Virus record (IMG/VR): IMGVR_UViG_3300032312_001958
DNA: 64,000 nucleotides
Source: a virus
Taxonomy: Duplodnaviria > Caudoviricetes
Direction: 5' to 3' (one strand)
Positions 1 through 9,645 of the stretch are shown here, in pieces. The first letter of the stretch is position 1, and each line of letters begins with the position of its first letter. The translations under genes and the position numbers were made by a program. The notes beneath the pieces are model-generated. The model was not told the origin of the DNA and did not search any database. It worked only from the letters and a program-made list of their open reading frames with translations.

Positions 1-528
1 GAGGAATTCCATGGTAAAGATGAGGTGAAGATTTTATTTGAAGGAGCTCAAGGATTTGAATTGGATATTGATTGGGGTGATTATCCTTACGTTACATCAT
101 CTCATTGTACAGTAGGTAGTGCAGTTCTTAATGGAGTTCCACCCCAAAGAATTAGAAAGGTTTATGGAGTTTGTAAAGCATATAATACATATGTTGGGGC
201 AAAACAATTTGAAGGACCTACTAAAATATTTGAAAAAATTAGGGAGGTGGGTAATGAATACGGTTCAACTACAGGAAGACCAAGACAAATTGGTTGGACT
301 AATTTAGATGACTTAATTAGAGCTGCAAATATTAATGGAGTTACTAACTTAGTTGTAAATAAGGTTGATGTACTTGAGAAGGTAGGGACATTTATGTTAA
401 TATATAAAAAACAATTAATAAGTTTTGTACATAAAGAATTCTTCAAAATATTTTTTGAAAACAACATTAAACAGAATTGTCCTTTGGTTAGAGAAATAAT
501 CTTTTCGGAAAGTGCTGAAACAATCTAA
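1..528 (+). CDS. purA: adenylosuccinate synthetase, C-terminal part (gene starts before window)
   Basis: Frame open from base 1; motifs EGAQGFELDIDWGDYPYVTSS, EYGSTTGRPRQIGW, NKVDVL. Confidence 0.9.
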   Translation, partial: EEFHGKDEVKILFEGAQGFELDIDWGDYPYVTSSHCTVGSAVLNGVPPQRIRKVYGVCKAYNTYVGAKQFEGPTKIFEKIREVGNEYGSTTGRPRQIGWTNLDDLIRAANINGVTNLVVNKVDVLEKVGTFMLIYKKQLISFVHKEFFKIFFENNIKQNCPLVREIIFSESAETI

Positions 529-551
529 AAAGGTTAATATTTATTTAAATA

Positions 552-1715
552 ATGAAAGATTTAATTAAGAAAGTTTTAACGGAACATTTGTTAACGGAGG
601 GTGACCACCCAATACTTTACGATAAATATGAATTTGATGGTGCTAGTGTGTCACATTTTAAAACTGGAACCAATGTTTTTTTAGATAACAGTGTAAATAT
701 TGTAAATGACACATTCCAAGACACTGAATGTATTGAAAATACTGATATATGTATTCCATTCACTACTTTAGTACATGGTGTTAACGAATACAGAGTACCT
801 CAATGGGATAAGGACGGAAAACAAATCCTTAAAATCTCAATTAATGGTAATTTATATTTGACTTTAAAAGATTTTGAGAAGTACCTAAAAGGATATGATT
901 TAGGTAGTTCTGATATAAATTTAGATGATATTGCTGCAAGAATAAAAACTGAAAAATTATTTTTATCGACACTTAATGAAATAATGGAAAACATTTATTC
1001 AAAATTAAAAAGTGAAGATGGCGAGCCATTATTTGGTGAATCAGTTAAGGATGATAAATGTAAAACTAACCGTGGGGTTATTAATTTCAGAGGAGTTAAG
1101 TATGGTGTTGGATATAAGTTAGTTTCAGACTGGTCAATATTAAATTATTTCAATACAAATTCAGGTGTGATTAAATTCTTATTAAGAGAATATATGAATG
1201 TAACTGAAGTTAACCTTTCTGACTTCACTAAAAACTTTAAAAATGAACAAACAAAATTTATAAATTGGATTAAAAAAAACCAAGTTTATCTTTTTGGTCC
1301 TGAATCTCAGTTTTTGGATAAGATGGAAAGAATAAATCTAACCTCATTAAATTCAGGTATCCAAAGAGAACAACAAGCGGTAATGATATTAATGAAGTTA
1401 CATAATCTTGGTGAGGAAGGGATAACAGAGTACTGTCCTGGGTCAATCGAGGATACAATATATGGTAGAGATGTAAGAATAAACTTAGAGACTCCAATTT
1501 ATTATCAGATAAAACCACTTAATGGTTTAATTAAAAAAACTGAAAATGGGTACCTTGTTCCAACTCACAGTATGAAAAGATACCCTAAGACTGTGGATAA
1601 ATTTATTTTTGTTGGTAAAAATGGTAAGTACATTATTTTCCAAAATGAGAATTATGAAGTTTCCAAAAAGGGGGATTTTGTGACTTTTAAAAATGAACCA
1701 ATAACACAAAACTAA
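552..1715 (+). CDS. hypothetical protein with leader MKDLIKKVLTE
   Basis: 387-aa ORF, TATTTAT upstream. Confidence 0.8.
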   Translation: MKDLIKKVLTEHLLTEGDHPILYDKYEFDGASVSHFKTGTNVFLDNSVNIVNDTFQDTECIENTDICIPFTTLVHGVNEYRVPQWDKDGKQILKISINGNLYLTLKDFEKYLKGYDLGSSDINLDDIAARIKTEKLFLSTLNEIMENIYSKLKSEDGEPLFGESVKDDKCKTNRGVINFRGVKYGVGYKLVSDWSILNYFNTNSGVIKFLLREYMNVTEVNLSDFTKNFKNEQTKFINWIKKNQVYLFGPESQFLDKMERINLTSLNSGIQREQQAVMILMKLHNLGEEGITEYCPGSIEDTIYGRDVRINLETPIYYQIKPLNGLIKKTENGYLVPTHSMKRYPKTVDKFIFVGKNGKYIIFQNENYEVSKKGDFVTFKNEPITQN

Positions 1716-2413
1716 ATTGGGAATACATTAACGTCTATAAATTGCCAATTTGTGTCAATAAATGTTTTAGTATCTACAATAGGACTTAAACAATCCCAGA
1801 TTGGGTCCTCAAACAAAATTCTGTCTTCATTTTTGATATCAAATATGAATTCTTCAAAGTCTTTGGGGTCCATCATATAATATTTACCAGTAATTAAGTT
1901 GTCGACAAATACTGAGTTTGTTTTGAATCCGACATCAATTACAAATCTTTCACCATCTGATTCAATATAATATTCCAAATCTGAACAGTCGTAATGACCT
2001 TCTATTGTATAAATTATATTTTTATTATTTCTATATTTTATTGTTGCTTTTTTATTATGAATACATTCTTTAATTTTTTTTGAGTGACCGACATCTAAAT
2101 AAAAATCTGTCATACCATCATTAATTACATTAAATACTATTAATTTATTTGAAATTGTATAATTACTTAAATTAGTTCCGGCTAAAGATTGTATATTAGA
2201 TATAAAATCATCTTGAAAACTGACATATAGATTTGCAAGTGTATACGGTAAGTCATTTGGATTATATATTTCGATTAAAGGTACCTCATAATCAAAATTG
2301 TCTATACTTACCGTTACTTTTTCTTTAGAATTAATTAATTCTATTCCATAAAAATCCCAAGACTTAAAAAAAGTATCAAATACTTTTATAAATCTATTAA
2401 TTTCTTTAATCAT
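1712..2413 (-). CDS. hypothetical protein
   Basis: 233-aa ORF coupled to the upstream minus-strand gene. Confidence 0.75.
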   Translation of the reverse strand: MIKEINRFIKVFDTFFKSWDFYGIELINSKEKVTVSIDNFDYEVPLIEIYNPNDLPYTLANLYVSFQDDFISNIQSLAGTNLSNYTISNKLIVFNVINDGMTDFYLDVGHSKKIKECIHNKKATIKYRNNKNIIYTIEGHYDCSDLEYYIESDGERFVIDVGFKTNSVFVDNLITGKYYMMDPKDFEEFIFDIKNEDRILFEDPIWDCLSPIVDTKTFIDTNWQFIDVNVFPI

Positions 2414-2712
2414 TAAAATTCTGGACTCATTATACGTTTTAGTTCATCTAAGTTTTTAGGGTATATAACGTTAGTGACTAAACCTTTAGAATCTTTGGTA
2501 TATGTTTTAATTCTATCGGAAATTTCAACATATTGTGCGGAACCATCAGGATTTTTAAATTCAAATTTATTTGAATTTATTTTTGTGATACCTTTACCTT
2601 TTTGTGACGAAAGAAAATTTACAATATCTTTATAATCACTAACTAATTGTTCATTGACTACTTTTTTAACTATTCTTTGTAAATCTGATTCTGTTAACTT
2701 TATAATTTTCAT
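2413..2712 (-). CDS. hypothetical protein with leader MKIIKLTESDLQRIVKKVVNE
   Basis: Leader shared with 7893, 18532, 27008, 28009. Confidence 0.8.
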   Translation of the reverse strand: MKIIKLTESDLQRIVKKVVNEQLVSDYKDIVNFLSSQKGKGITKINSNKFEFKNPDGSAQYVEISDRIKTYTKDSKGLVTNVIYPKNLDELKRIMSPEF

Positions 2713-2747
2713 AATGTTTTTTATTATAAATACTAAATAAATGAAAT

Positions 2748-2775
2748 AAAAAACCCCCTTTTGGGGGTTTTCTTT
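2748..2775. terminator. intrinsic terminator
   Basis: AAAACCCCC-tttt-GGGGGTTTT hairpin flanked by A/T runs. Confidence 0.75.
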
Positions 2776-2781
2776 TTATTC

Positions 2782-3030
2782 TTACAGACCGTACACTTCT
2801 CGGTATTTAACTCCTAAAAGTTCTTTAGCTTTGTTAATTGCTTGTTCTTTATTTTGGAGTCCTTTTTCTACCATTTTTTTAGAGTGATATATGATGTAAT
2901 CAGTTGAGATAACCTCACCAATTGCCCATTTATTTTTACTCTCTTTTGCTGGTTTTAGATTGTCTTTTGCATAGACATCATAAAACCCTACCTTACAGAT
3001 GTAACGACCTTTTGCTGAACTTTTTGCCAT
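2782..3030 (-). CDS. hypothetical protein
   Basis: 82-aa ORF followed by terminator. Confidence 0.7.
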   Translation of the reverse strand: MAKSSAKGRYICKVGFYDVYAKDNLKPAKESKNKWAIGEVISTDYIIYHSKKMVEKGLQNKEQAINKAKELLGVKYREVYGL

Positions 3031-3090
3031 AGTTTTTATTTTTATTTTGTTTGATAAATTTAAATGAAATTTTTTTTAATATCAATAGGT

Positions 3091-3534
3091 TTAAGATATA
3101 GAATTACTCAGAGCTATTTGAATATTTGAATATTCTTTGTTACCTGTGACTTCTTCTCCGCAATAGTCAGGAAGTTTTTTTAATTCTTTTTCAAATTCAA
3201 TTTCCACCCAACACTTACCGTTATCTAATACGTCAATATCTACTTGATTTCCGTCAAATTTTGTTTTGTATCTTGTTTTTTCTAATTTAACATCTGTAGA
3301 ATTATAAAGTTCTAATGCTTCATTTATTGGAATTTCATATTCGTATTCTAATTTAGTTACCTCATCTATTTTTGATTTATAAGTAATGGTTGCAGTAATG
3401 GTTTTTCCTTCAATAATCCTAACACGAAGATGTTTCTTACCTTTAACCATTAGATAACCTTGTTTAATTCTGACACCTTTTAAATCTTCAAAAACAGGGT
3501 ATTTCAGTTTAAATTTTCTCTCTTTCTCTATCAT
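3091..3534 (-). CDS. CYTH domain (triphosphate tunnel / class IV adenylate cyclase-like) protein
   Basis: N-terminal ExERKF, LRVR, EYEYEI, EKTRY, VEIEF; TATATTTG immediately upstream. Confidence 0.85.
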   Translation of the reverse strand: MIEKERKFKLKYPVFEDLKGVRIKQGYLMVKGKKHLRVRIIEGKTITATITYKSKIDEVTKLEYEYEIPINEALELYNSTDVKLEKTRYKTKFDGNQVDIDVLDNGKCWVEIEFEKELKKLPDYCGEEVTGNKEYSNIQIALSNSIS

Positions 3535-3594
3535 AGTACAAATATAGTTAAAAATTACTATTAAATATAATATTTATAAAAGAATATTAAAACA

Positions 3595-4053
3595 ATGGGG
3601 ATAGAAAAAATAATCAAACAAGTGTTGAAAGAGGAATTTACCAATCAAATGTGTAAATCTCCTGAAGTTAATAGAAAGTTTAGGGAATATAAAATTTATC
3701 GTAATGGTAAATGTGGAACACAAGTATTTGACGAAATTAACAATAATATTAAAAAAATTAATAATTACCCAAAGACAGTAATTAATGTTGGGGTGTATTC
3801 AGGTAAAACAAAAAATGAAGTTTTATCAATATTAAATAAACAAAAACAAGAAAAACTATACCAACAATGCGGAGGTGTAATGTTTAAAGGTAAAGAACCA
3901 AGTCTTAAAGGTGGAAAGGTTGACCCTTGTACAATACCTTCAATAGTTAATGATTATAAAAATGAACAAGCCCGTAAAGCTTATAATATAACAATGGGAT
4001 ATCCTGAAAATGAAGATATATTCAGTGGAGGACCAATCTCACCAATGATATGA
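3595..4053 (+). CDS. hypothetical protein with leader IEKIIKQVLKEE
   Basis: ORF with leader, TATTTATA upstream. Confidence 0.75.
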   Translation: MGIEKIIKQVLKEEFTNQMCKSPEVNRKFREYKIYRNGKCGTQVFDEINNNIKKINNYPKTVINVGVYSGKTKNEVLSILNKQKQEKLYQQCGGVMFKGKEPSLKGGKVDPCTIPSIVNDYKNEQARKAYNITMGYPENEDIFSGGPISPMI

Positions 4054-4433
4054 AATACCTAATCACAGAATCCCAACATGGGAGGTTAAAGAACTATATG
4101 ATATCATATTTTGATATACTGTTCCAGCCTGATTCAATTCATTATACTCATCCGTATGTTTACGATTATGAAGGGAATGAAACTGAAGACCGAAACGTGT
4201 TTGAATTTTATTATGGTAACTATATGGATGAGGATTTTGTCTTCACTTGGTATGGTAGTGATTACTATGATGAGGATGAGGATTATGACTTAAAAGTAAT
4301 GTCACCAATAGTACAAGTTGCAATTGATAGGTCATATGAACTTGATGGTATTTTTGGCGAAGATAAATGGGAAGAGACATTTAAAGAATGGTTCAAAGAA
4401 ACTTTCGGATTGGATGTTAAAACCGTAAAATAG
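4050..4433 (+). CDS. MKYLITESQ-family small protein
   Basis: Leader plus C-terminal EWFKETFGLDVKTVK motif. Confidence 0.8.
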   Translation: MKYLITESQHGRLKNYMISYFDILFQPDSIHYTHPYVYDYEGNETEDRNVFEFYYGNYMDEDFVFTWYGSDYYDEDEDYDLKVMSPIVQVAIDRSYELDGIFGEDKWEETFKEWFKETFGLDVKTVK

Positions 4434-4676
4434 TTACTTCATATTCTTTAAAACAATTTCAAGTACTCCAATAGTATCCTTATCTTTTTGAGTCTTCTTA
4501 GTCTTAGAATTAAGTTCTTTAAGTGCTAACACTAATTCTTCTTTTTTATTTGATTCTTTTCTAATTTGACGGTGTCCAGTACATTTTGACATGTGTAACT
4601 CATTCTCAAGCTCCAAGATACGAGACTCAAGGTACTTGATTCTTTGTTCATATTGGTATATAGTTGAGTTGTTCAT
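4434..4676 (-). CDS. small coiled-coil hypothetical protein
   Basis: 80-aa ORF with heptad pattern. Confidence 0.65.
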   Translation of the reverse strand: MNNSTIYQYEQRIKYLESRILELENELHMSKCTGHRQIRKESNKKEELVLALKELNSKTKKTQKDKDTIGVLEIVLKNMK

Positions 4677-4709
4677 ATAGAATACGAAGATACGACATAT
4701 TTATTAATT

Positions 4710-5141
4710 ATGAAAGAATTAATCAGGAAAGTTTTGACCGAATCACGAGAGGTGAAAACTAATGATTTTACAGGACTTGAAAAAGTTATTGTAAAAGATG
4801 CTGAAAAACTAATTAAAGATTATCCTTATTTAGATTCGGTTTACGGAGTTAATTCTATTGAAGAAGTTGGTGATAACTTAGAAGGTAGAGTTATTGTTAA
4901 GTTAAAACCTGGACTAAGTAAGTATTTCAGGAAAAGTAATAGTGATTATGACGAAGTTAATAATTTTTATATATATTATGGTATACAAGTTCATAATACA
5001 ATACCAAAGGATTTATCAGACTCTGCTGACATTTATACATTTGAAGCAAGGTTAGAGGATTCACTTAATCCCAAACTTGGGTTAAATACTAAAAATGGAA
5101 AATTCAACGTGTATTTCATTTTACTACCTATACGAGAATAA
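4710..5141 (+). CDS. hypothetical protein with leader MKELIRKVLTE
   Basis: Leader, TATTTAT upstream. Confidence 0.75.
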   Translation: MKELIRKVLTESREVKTNDFTGLEKVIVKDAEKLIKDYPYLDSVYGVNSIEEVGDNLEGRVIVKLKPGLSKYFRKSNSDYDEVNNFYIYYGIQVHNTIPKDLSDSADIYTFEARLEDSLNPKLGLNTKNGKFNVYFILLPIRE

Positions 5142-5160
5142 TTTTGATTTATAAAAGAAA

Positions 5161-5230
5161 CGGGCTTAGGACCGCTGTAGTTTAGGCTACATTAACCCCA
5201 TCGAATTCGCTACTCGGTGGGGTTTTCATT
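5161..5230 (+). terminator. long terminator-like hairpin preceded by two small stems; possible structured RNA
   Basis: AACCCCATCGA..TCGGTGGGGTT stem then TT; TGTAG/CTACA and CGG/CCG stems upstream; GC-rich island. Confidence 0.55.
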
Positions 5231-5299
5231 TAATATTAGATTTGTATATTTATATAATGTATACCTAAAAGTATTCAATAACAATGTATTTATTATAAT

Positions 5300-5629
5300 A
5301 TGATACTAACTTCTGAAAGAGCTGAAAAATTATTTAATTCGGATTATATTAAGAAAATATATCCAATGATTGACAAGATTGATGCTGAAGTTGTATGGGA
5401 TGGGGACGAAGATTTTCCTTTTTATAAAATTTATTTAACAGTAAAGTTAAACGACCCAACAATAACAAGTAAAAATATGTACGATAAGGGATTTGACCCA
5501 CATTATTTGTATCAGGAACATTTAAAGTACCTACTACAATTTTTAAATATTAACTCAAATACTGCAACTATAGAACAAGTGTATATTAAAACATTAGGAC
5601 CTGATGGGGAGGAAATAAATTATTACTAA
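5300..5629 (+). CDS. hypothetical protein
   Basis: 109-aa ORF, TATTTAT upstream. Confidence 0.75.
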   Translation: MILTSERAEKLFNSDYIKKIYPMIDKIDAEVVWDGDEDFPFYKIYLTVKLNDPTITSKNMYDKGFDPHYLYQEHLKYLLQFLNINSNTATIEQVYIKTLGPDGEEINYY

Positions 5630-5630
5630 T

Positions 5631-6410
5631 ATGAGATTAAAAGAAGAAATATCGGATAATAATTTAAGTCGTAGATTAAAATTAGAAAAAATAATTGCAT
5701 CATTTGTTAAAGGAACATTTGACAAAAATATCTTGACTAATAATTTCCATGATGTTGAGGTTAATATTTTTAATACTGATTATGGAACACAATGTCATGT
5801 TACCGTTTTAATGAAAAATCCTTTTTCAGGTGAAGAGTCAGATAGATTTCATAATAGTTTGAGGAATGTTAGGTCAGTCATTCGTGATGTTTTTCCTGAG
5901 TTTAACGCAGGGATAAGTTTTAACACTGAAACACTTGATTCGTATAACAAAGGTAAATGGTGGTATGAGGAAAAAAAGAAACCAATCAAAGAGAGTGAGA
6001 ATAAGATATTAAATCTTATTGAAAGACAAGGACTATTTAATTTTCTTAATATATCTGAATTAAATCCATACCAGCTTGGTAAGACTTTTGATTTAGATTC
6101 TTTACCGAAAGGTGTTAAATACCAATTCTTGGATGATACTTCGGAACATTTAGTTAGTCAATGGATAAGTGATTATGTTAGTAGTGATAAAATGTCGTCT
6201 TTGATGTATAAAACTAAAACTGACAATGGTTATAGGAATTACGAACTTCAGTATTTTGGTGAGGGTGGAGTAACGGGAGAAAGATTTGATAATGAAGGTA
6301 AGTATCGTGGACTTGTAAACTTGGCTTACTCACAATTACCTGAACACATATTTAATAATTTATATGAAATAGTATTATATGATGTATATTATAAAGGTAT
6401 ATATAAGTAA
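5631..6410 (+). CDS. hypothetical two-domain protein
   Basis: 259 aa with internal IKESE junction. Confidence 0.75.
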   Translation: MRLKEEISDNNLSRRLKLEKIIASFVKGTFDKNILTNNFHDVEVNIFNTDYGTQCHVTVLMKNPFSGEESDRFHNSLRNVRSVIRDVFPEFNAGISFNTETLDSYNKGKWWYEEKKKPIKESENKILNLIERQGLFNFLNISELNPYQLGKTFDLDSLPKGVKYQFLDDTSEHLVSQWISDYVSSDKMSSLMYKTKTDNGYRNYELQYFGEGGVTGERFDNEGKYRGLVNLAYSQLPEHIFNNLYEIVLYDVYYKGIYK

Positions 6411-6427
6411 GATTGAAGAATTATATA

Positions 6428-7480
6428 ATGAAAGAGTCACTTAATTTAACCGAACCACAATTAAAAATATTCAATAAGGTATTGAATAAGAAACTATCCC
6501 AAAATTTCCCTTGGTGGTTTGAAGGTATTGAAATATTTCGTGCTGGATTTAATCATGGTCAGAAAAACTTGTATATGGATGGAAATATTTATGTTGATGC
6601 TGATTGGATGGGTGAGCAGTGGATAAAATATAATGATTATAAACCAGTACCTGAATTTGGAACTGATTATGATGAATACACTTTTTCAGATTTGATTGGG
6701 GTAAATGACGGATGGATTGATAGGCTCAAAGAAATATTTCTATCAGTATTCTATTCAATACACGGAGGGGACTACCCTAAATACCTATCATTTAGTTGGC
6801 TTAATGTTAAACCTGTTGAAACTAAAGAACAGATGAAAGAAAACAATTTTTTAAAAGAACATATTAGAAAAGTAATACAAGAAGAAGTTAGTAGAAAATT
6901 CTTGAAACCAAATGAGAAAACTGAAAAACTTATATTAGATAAATTGAATAAGATTTTTTCAGATATGAATATGTATCACACTGAAAGTTATAAAACAAGA
7001 CACGATATTGAGTTTTGTAAAAATGGTAAAAAAATGATGAATTTAGCATTGTTTTTTGAAGAAACTGATGACCGAAGACCAACATCTGAAAGAAAATTCA
7101 TGGAGTCATTTTTATTTATACCCAAAGAGTTCGTTAACGATATATTAAATTATATACCTATTAGAAAAAATTATCTTATTTACTTAATTGAAGAATGGTT
7201 TGAAGATAATTTTCTTGATGATGTAATAAATGAAATGGGTAGAGATGATATATCTATTGATGAATTAAGATTTACGGATAGAGTTGATGTATGTGTACCA
7301 CCAGTTACTGAAAAACCTGAAGGTGTTACCCAAGATGAGATGATTGAGGTTATTATGAAAAATACACTATGGCGTAAACAAAAATTATTGGATTTAGAAG
7401 AAAGAGAACCTGGGTCTATAGAAAATATGTATTTAATGAAACTTCGTAATAATGAAATTAACAGATTAGATAATAATTAA
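6428..7480 (+). CDS. hypothetical two-domain protein with internal leader motif
   Basis: ATG at 6428 preferred over TTG 6413; internal LKEHIRKVIQEE. Confidence 0.75.
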   Translation: MKESLNLTEPQLKIFNKVLNKKLSQNFPWWFEGIEIFRAGFNHGQKNLYMDGNIYVDADWMGEQWIKYNDYKPVPEFGTDYDEYTFSDLIGVNDGWIDRLKEIFLSVFYSIHGGDYPKYLSFSWLNVKPVETKEQMKENNFLKEHIRKVIQEEVSRKFLKPNEKTEKLILDKLNKIFSDMNMYHTESYKTRHDIEFCKNGKKMMNLALFFEETDDRRPTSERKFMESFLFIPKEFVNDILNYIPIRKNYLIYLIEEWFEDNFLDDVINEMGRDDISIDELRFTDRVDVCVPPVTEKPEGVTQDEMIEVIMKNTLWRKQKLLDLEEREPGSIENMYLMKLRNNEINRLDNN

Positions 7481-7486
7481 AATATT

Positions 7487-7891
7487 ATGAACTTACAAGA
7501 ACACATAAGAAGAGTATTGAGGGAAACGGTTAACGAATCCAAAGATTGGAGAGAGTCGAATCAAAAATTAGAAAGAACTTTCAAATTCAAAGATTTTAAT
7601 GACTCAATTGATTTTGTTAATAAAGTTGCGAAAATTGCTGAAACACAAAACCATCATCCCGATATTGAAATAAAATATAACAAAGTAAAGATATCAATAA
7701 CAGACCACGAAAAAGGTGGAGTATCTGACAAATGTCATAAATTAGTAAAATCCATTGATGATATGGAAAATGAAGAATTAACAGAATATGCGAGAACATT
7801 AAAAAATGCGAGAAAACAGGGAATTGGGTTAAGATTTCCAAAGTCAGCAATAAAGGCAAATCCAGCAAGGTTTAGACCTTACAACAGGTAA
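7487..7891 (+). CDS. pterin-4-alpha-carbinolamine dehydratase (PCD/PhhB family) with phage leader peptide
   Basis: LERTFKFKDF..FVNKVAKIAETQNHHPDI..TDHEKGGVS; N-terminal MNLQEHIRRVLRE. Confidence 0.85.
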   Translation: MNLQEHIRRVLRETVNESKDWRESNQKLERTFKFKDFNDSIDFVNKVAKIAETQNHHPDIEIKYNKVKISITDHEKGGVSDKCHKLVKSIDDMENEELTEYARTLKNARKQGIGLRFPKSAIKANPARFRPYNR

Positions 7892-7892
7892 T

Positions 7893-8375
7893 ATGAAAAA
7901 AATAATAAGACTAACAGAATCAGAACTTATTTCATTAGTTAAAAGAGTGATTAATGAAAGTGACCCAAAAGTTGGTACTGGTAAAAAACCAAAAGGTTCT
8001 GACAGAAGATTATATACTGATGAAAACCCAAAGGATACTGTATCGGTTAAGTTCAGAACAAAAGAAGACATTGTTGATACTTTAAACAAAGAAAGTTTCA
8101 AATCTAAATCACACGCTCGTCAGTCTCAGATTATAAATCTTATACATCAGAGATTACGAGTTGCTTTGGAAAGAGCAAAAGACCCTGAGGTTAAGAAAAG
8201 ATTAAGAACTGCCTTTGAATATATTGAGTCCAAAAAAGAACAATCTAAAAAGAAAACTCAAGAGATGAAAGAAGGTGAATTAACTGAGAAATGTTGGAAA
8301 GGATATACTCAAAAAGGAATGAAAACTATGTTCGGTAAGAGATACCCCAACTGTGTTAAAAAGACAAAGAAATGA
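7893..8375 (+). CDS. basic phage protein with LTESEL leader
   Basis: GTGKKPKGSDRRLYTDENP and CWKGY..KRYPNCVK motifs. Confidence 0.8.
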   Translation: MKKIIRLTESELISLVKRVINESDPKVGTGKKPKGSDRRLYTDENPKDTVSVKFRTKEDIVDTLNKESFKSKSHARQSQIINLIHQRLRVALERAKDPEVKKRLRTAFEYIESKKEQSKKKTQEMKEGELTEKCWKGYTQKGMKTMFGKRYPNCVKKTKK

Positions 8376-8419
8376 ACCTACAGGAATACATAAAGAAAGT
8401 TTTAAAACGTAATGTCTAA
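8372..8419 (+). other. detached leader minigene MNLQEYIKKVLKRNV*
   Basis: Resembles leaders of 7487 and 12109 but is out of frame with the 8412 gene. Confidence 0.55.
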
Positions 8420-9284
8420 AGGAAAAGATAGAATATTAAAGTTAATTGACGAGTTAGGTCTTTGGAATGCTAAAGAAGCTTTGGGTATTTCATTAACCAA
8501 AATTGTTAAATTAGTTGGGCTAAAGATTCATCCAAATTTGGCTGGCGAAATAATAATTGAAGGTATTAATAATGAAACCCTACCAACAGAATATAAAGAA
8601 TTTAAGATTTCAACAAATTCTGATGGCGTTGTTTATTGGGAAGGTAAATTTTATGGGGACCACTTCTTAGCTGATATGGTTGAAACAATATGGATAATGG
8701 CAACACCATTTTGGGATGGTGAAAGTTACACTCCAGTCGAAACTGATTGGTATTCGTTGGTTGATGGGTCTAAAAATACACTTATTGCTGAAATTGAAGG
8801 AGGTGGTGATTACTTTGAAACAATTAGTGATAAGGTTTTTTTTGATAGTGTAGAAGAGTTACATAATTGGTATAATGAGTATTATTTACCACGTGTGTAT
8901 AAAATAATTATGAATAACTTCTTACTTAGTCTACGACAAGATATGGATGATAGGTTAGATGACAATATGGGTTATAGTCCTATGAGAGAAAGTATTGCTA
9001 TAGTATTAAGAGAAGAAAGTGAAGGTGATGGTAATGTAGAAAAATTTATAAAAAAAGCCACAAATATAATCAATACAATTAAATTTCCTGCGGTTAAACG
9101 TATTGATTTTGATTACGACGAAATGATGGATGGATATCATGTTAATATATTTTTTGATAGACAATTTGCTATAGATAATCCCAAAAATTTTAATAAAGTA
9201 AAACAAAAAGCAGTCCAAGAAATTGGTTCAACCGTTACAAGTTATTTCCCGTTTAAATTTTTATTTTATTTGCATTACGAATAG
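8412..9284 (+). CDS. hypothetical two-domain protein
   Basis: 290 aa; internal MRESIAIVLREE leader-like junction. Confidence 0.75.
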   Translation: MSKGKDRILKLIDELGLWNAKEALGISLTKIVKLVGLKIHPNLAGEIIIEGINNETLPTEYKEFKISTNSDGVVYWEGKFYGDHFLADMVETIWIMATPFWDGESYTPVETDWYSLVDGSKNTLIAEIEGGGDYFETISDKVFFDSVEELHNWYNEYYLPRVYKIIMNNFLLSLRQDMDDRLDDNMGYSPMRESIAIVLREESEGDGNVEKFIKKATNIINTIKFPAVKRIDFDYDEMMDGYHVNIFFDRQFAIDNPKNFNKVKQKAVQEIGSTVTSYFPFKFLFYLHYE

Positions 9285-9645
9285 TAATTACTTACTATCC
9301 AATATCTCTTCCACCAATTCATCTCCTCTCCACACACCTTCAATTTTTGTAAATACTTTATGATTTAATACCTCTTCCACCTTTTGTTCTCCCCACGTAC
9401 ATGCAATTGGGGTTGTTTCTACCTTATGATTTAATACCTCTTCCACCACGATTAATTCGGTTGAAGAAAACGTATTAGTTGTTTCTACCTTATGATTTAA
9501 TACCTCTTCCACCTGAACTTCTCAGTTCCAATCTCAGGCAGTGGTTGTTTCTACCTTATGATTTAATACCTCTTCCACCCTTTTCTTGTGTTTTCTGTCC
9601 AAAGGCAGAGTTATGGGTACCTTACTATTTAAGACCTCTTCCACC
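9280..9645. CRISPR. orphan CRISPR-like array, 36-bp repeat GTTGTTTCTACCTTATGATTTAATACCTCTTCCACC with five 30-bp spacers, in frame with the 9534-9878 gene
   Basis: Identical repeats at 9412-9447, 9478-9513, 9544-9579; degenerate copies at 9280-9315, 9346-9381, 9610-9645; exact 66-bp period; no cas genes seen. The architecture is certain, CRISPR function is not. Confidence 0.6.

Noticed and set aside
1-528. PurZ (Z-genome synthesis)
   Set aside because: The visible C-terminal motifs (GSTTGRPR) look like canonical PurA. The diagnostic N-terminal residue is outside the window, so PurZ is unsupported.
9288-9512. 74-aa ORF as an independent gene
   Set aside because: It starts at the GTG inside a repeat and is only the in-frame continuation of the array after the stop-containing spacer.
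9514-9543. TGA recoding suggested by two in-frame TGA codons
   Set aside because: TGA ends ordinary genes here (4053, 8375, 19195, 20215) and long genes need no read-through, so the standard code fits.
9280-9645. Complete CRISPR-Cas locus or self-targeting spacers
   Set aside because: No cas gene or anti-repeat recognised, and no spacer match seen by eye within the window (not an exhaustive search).
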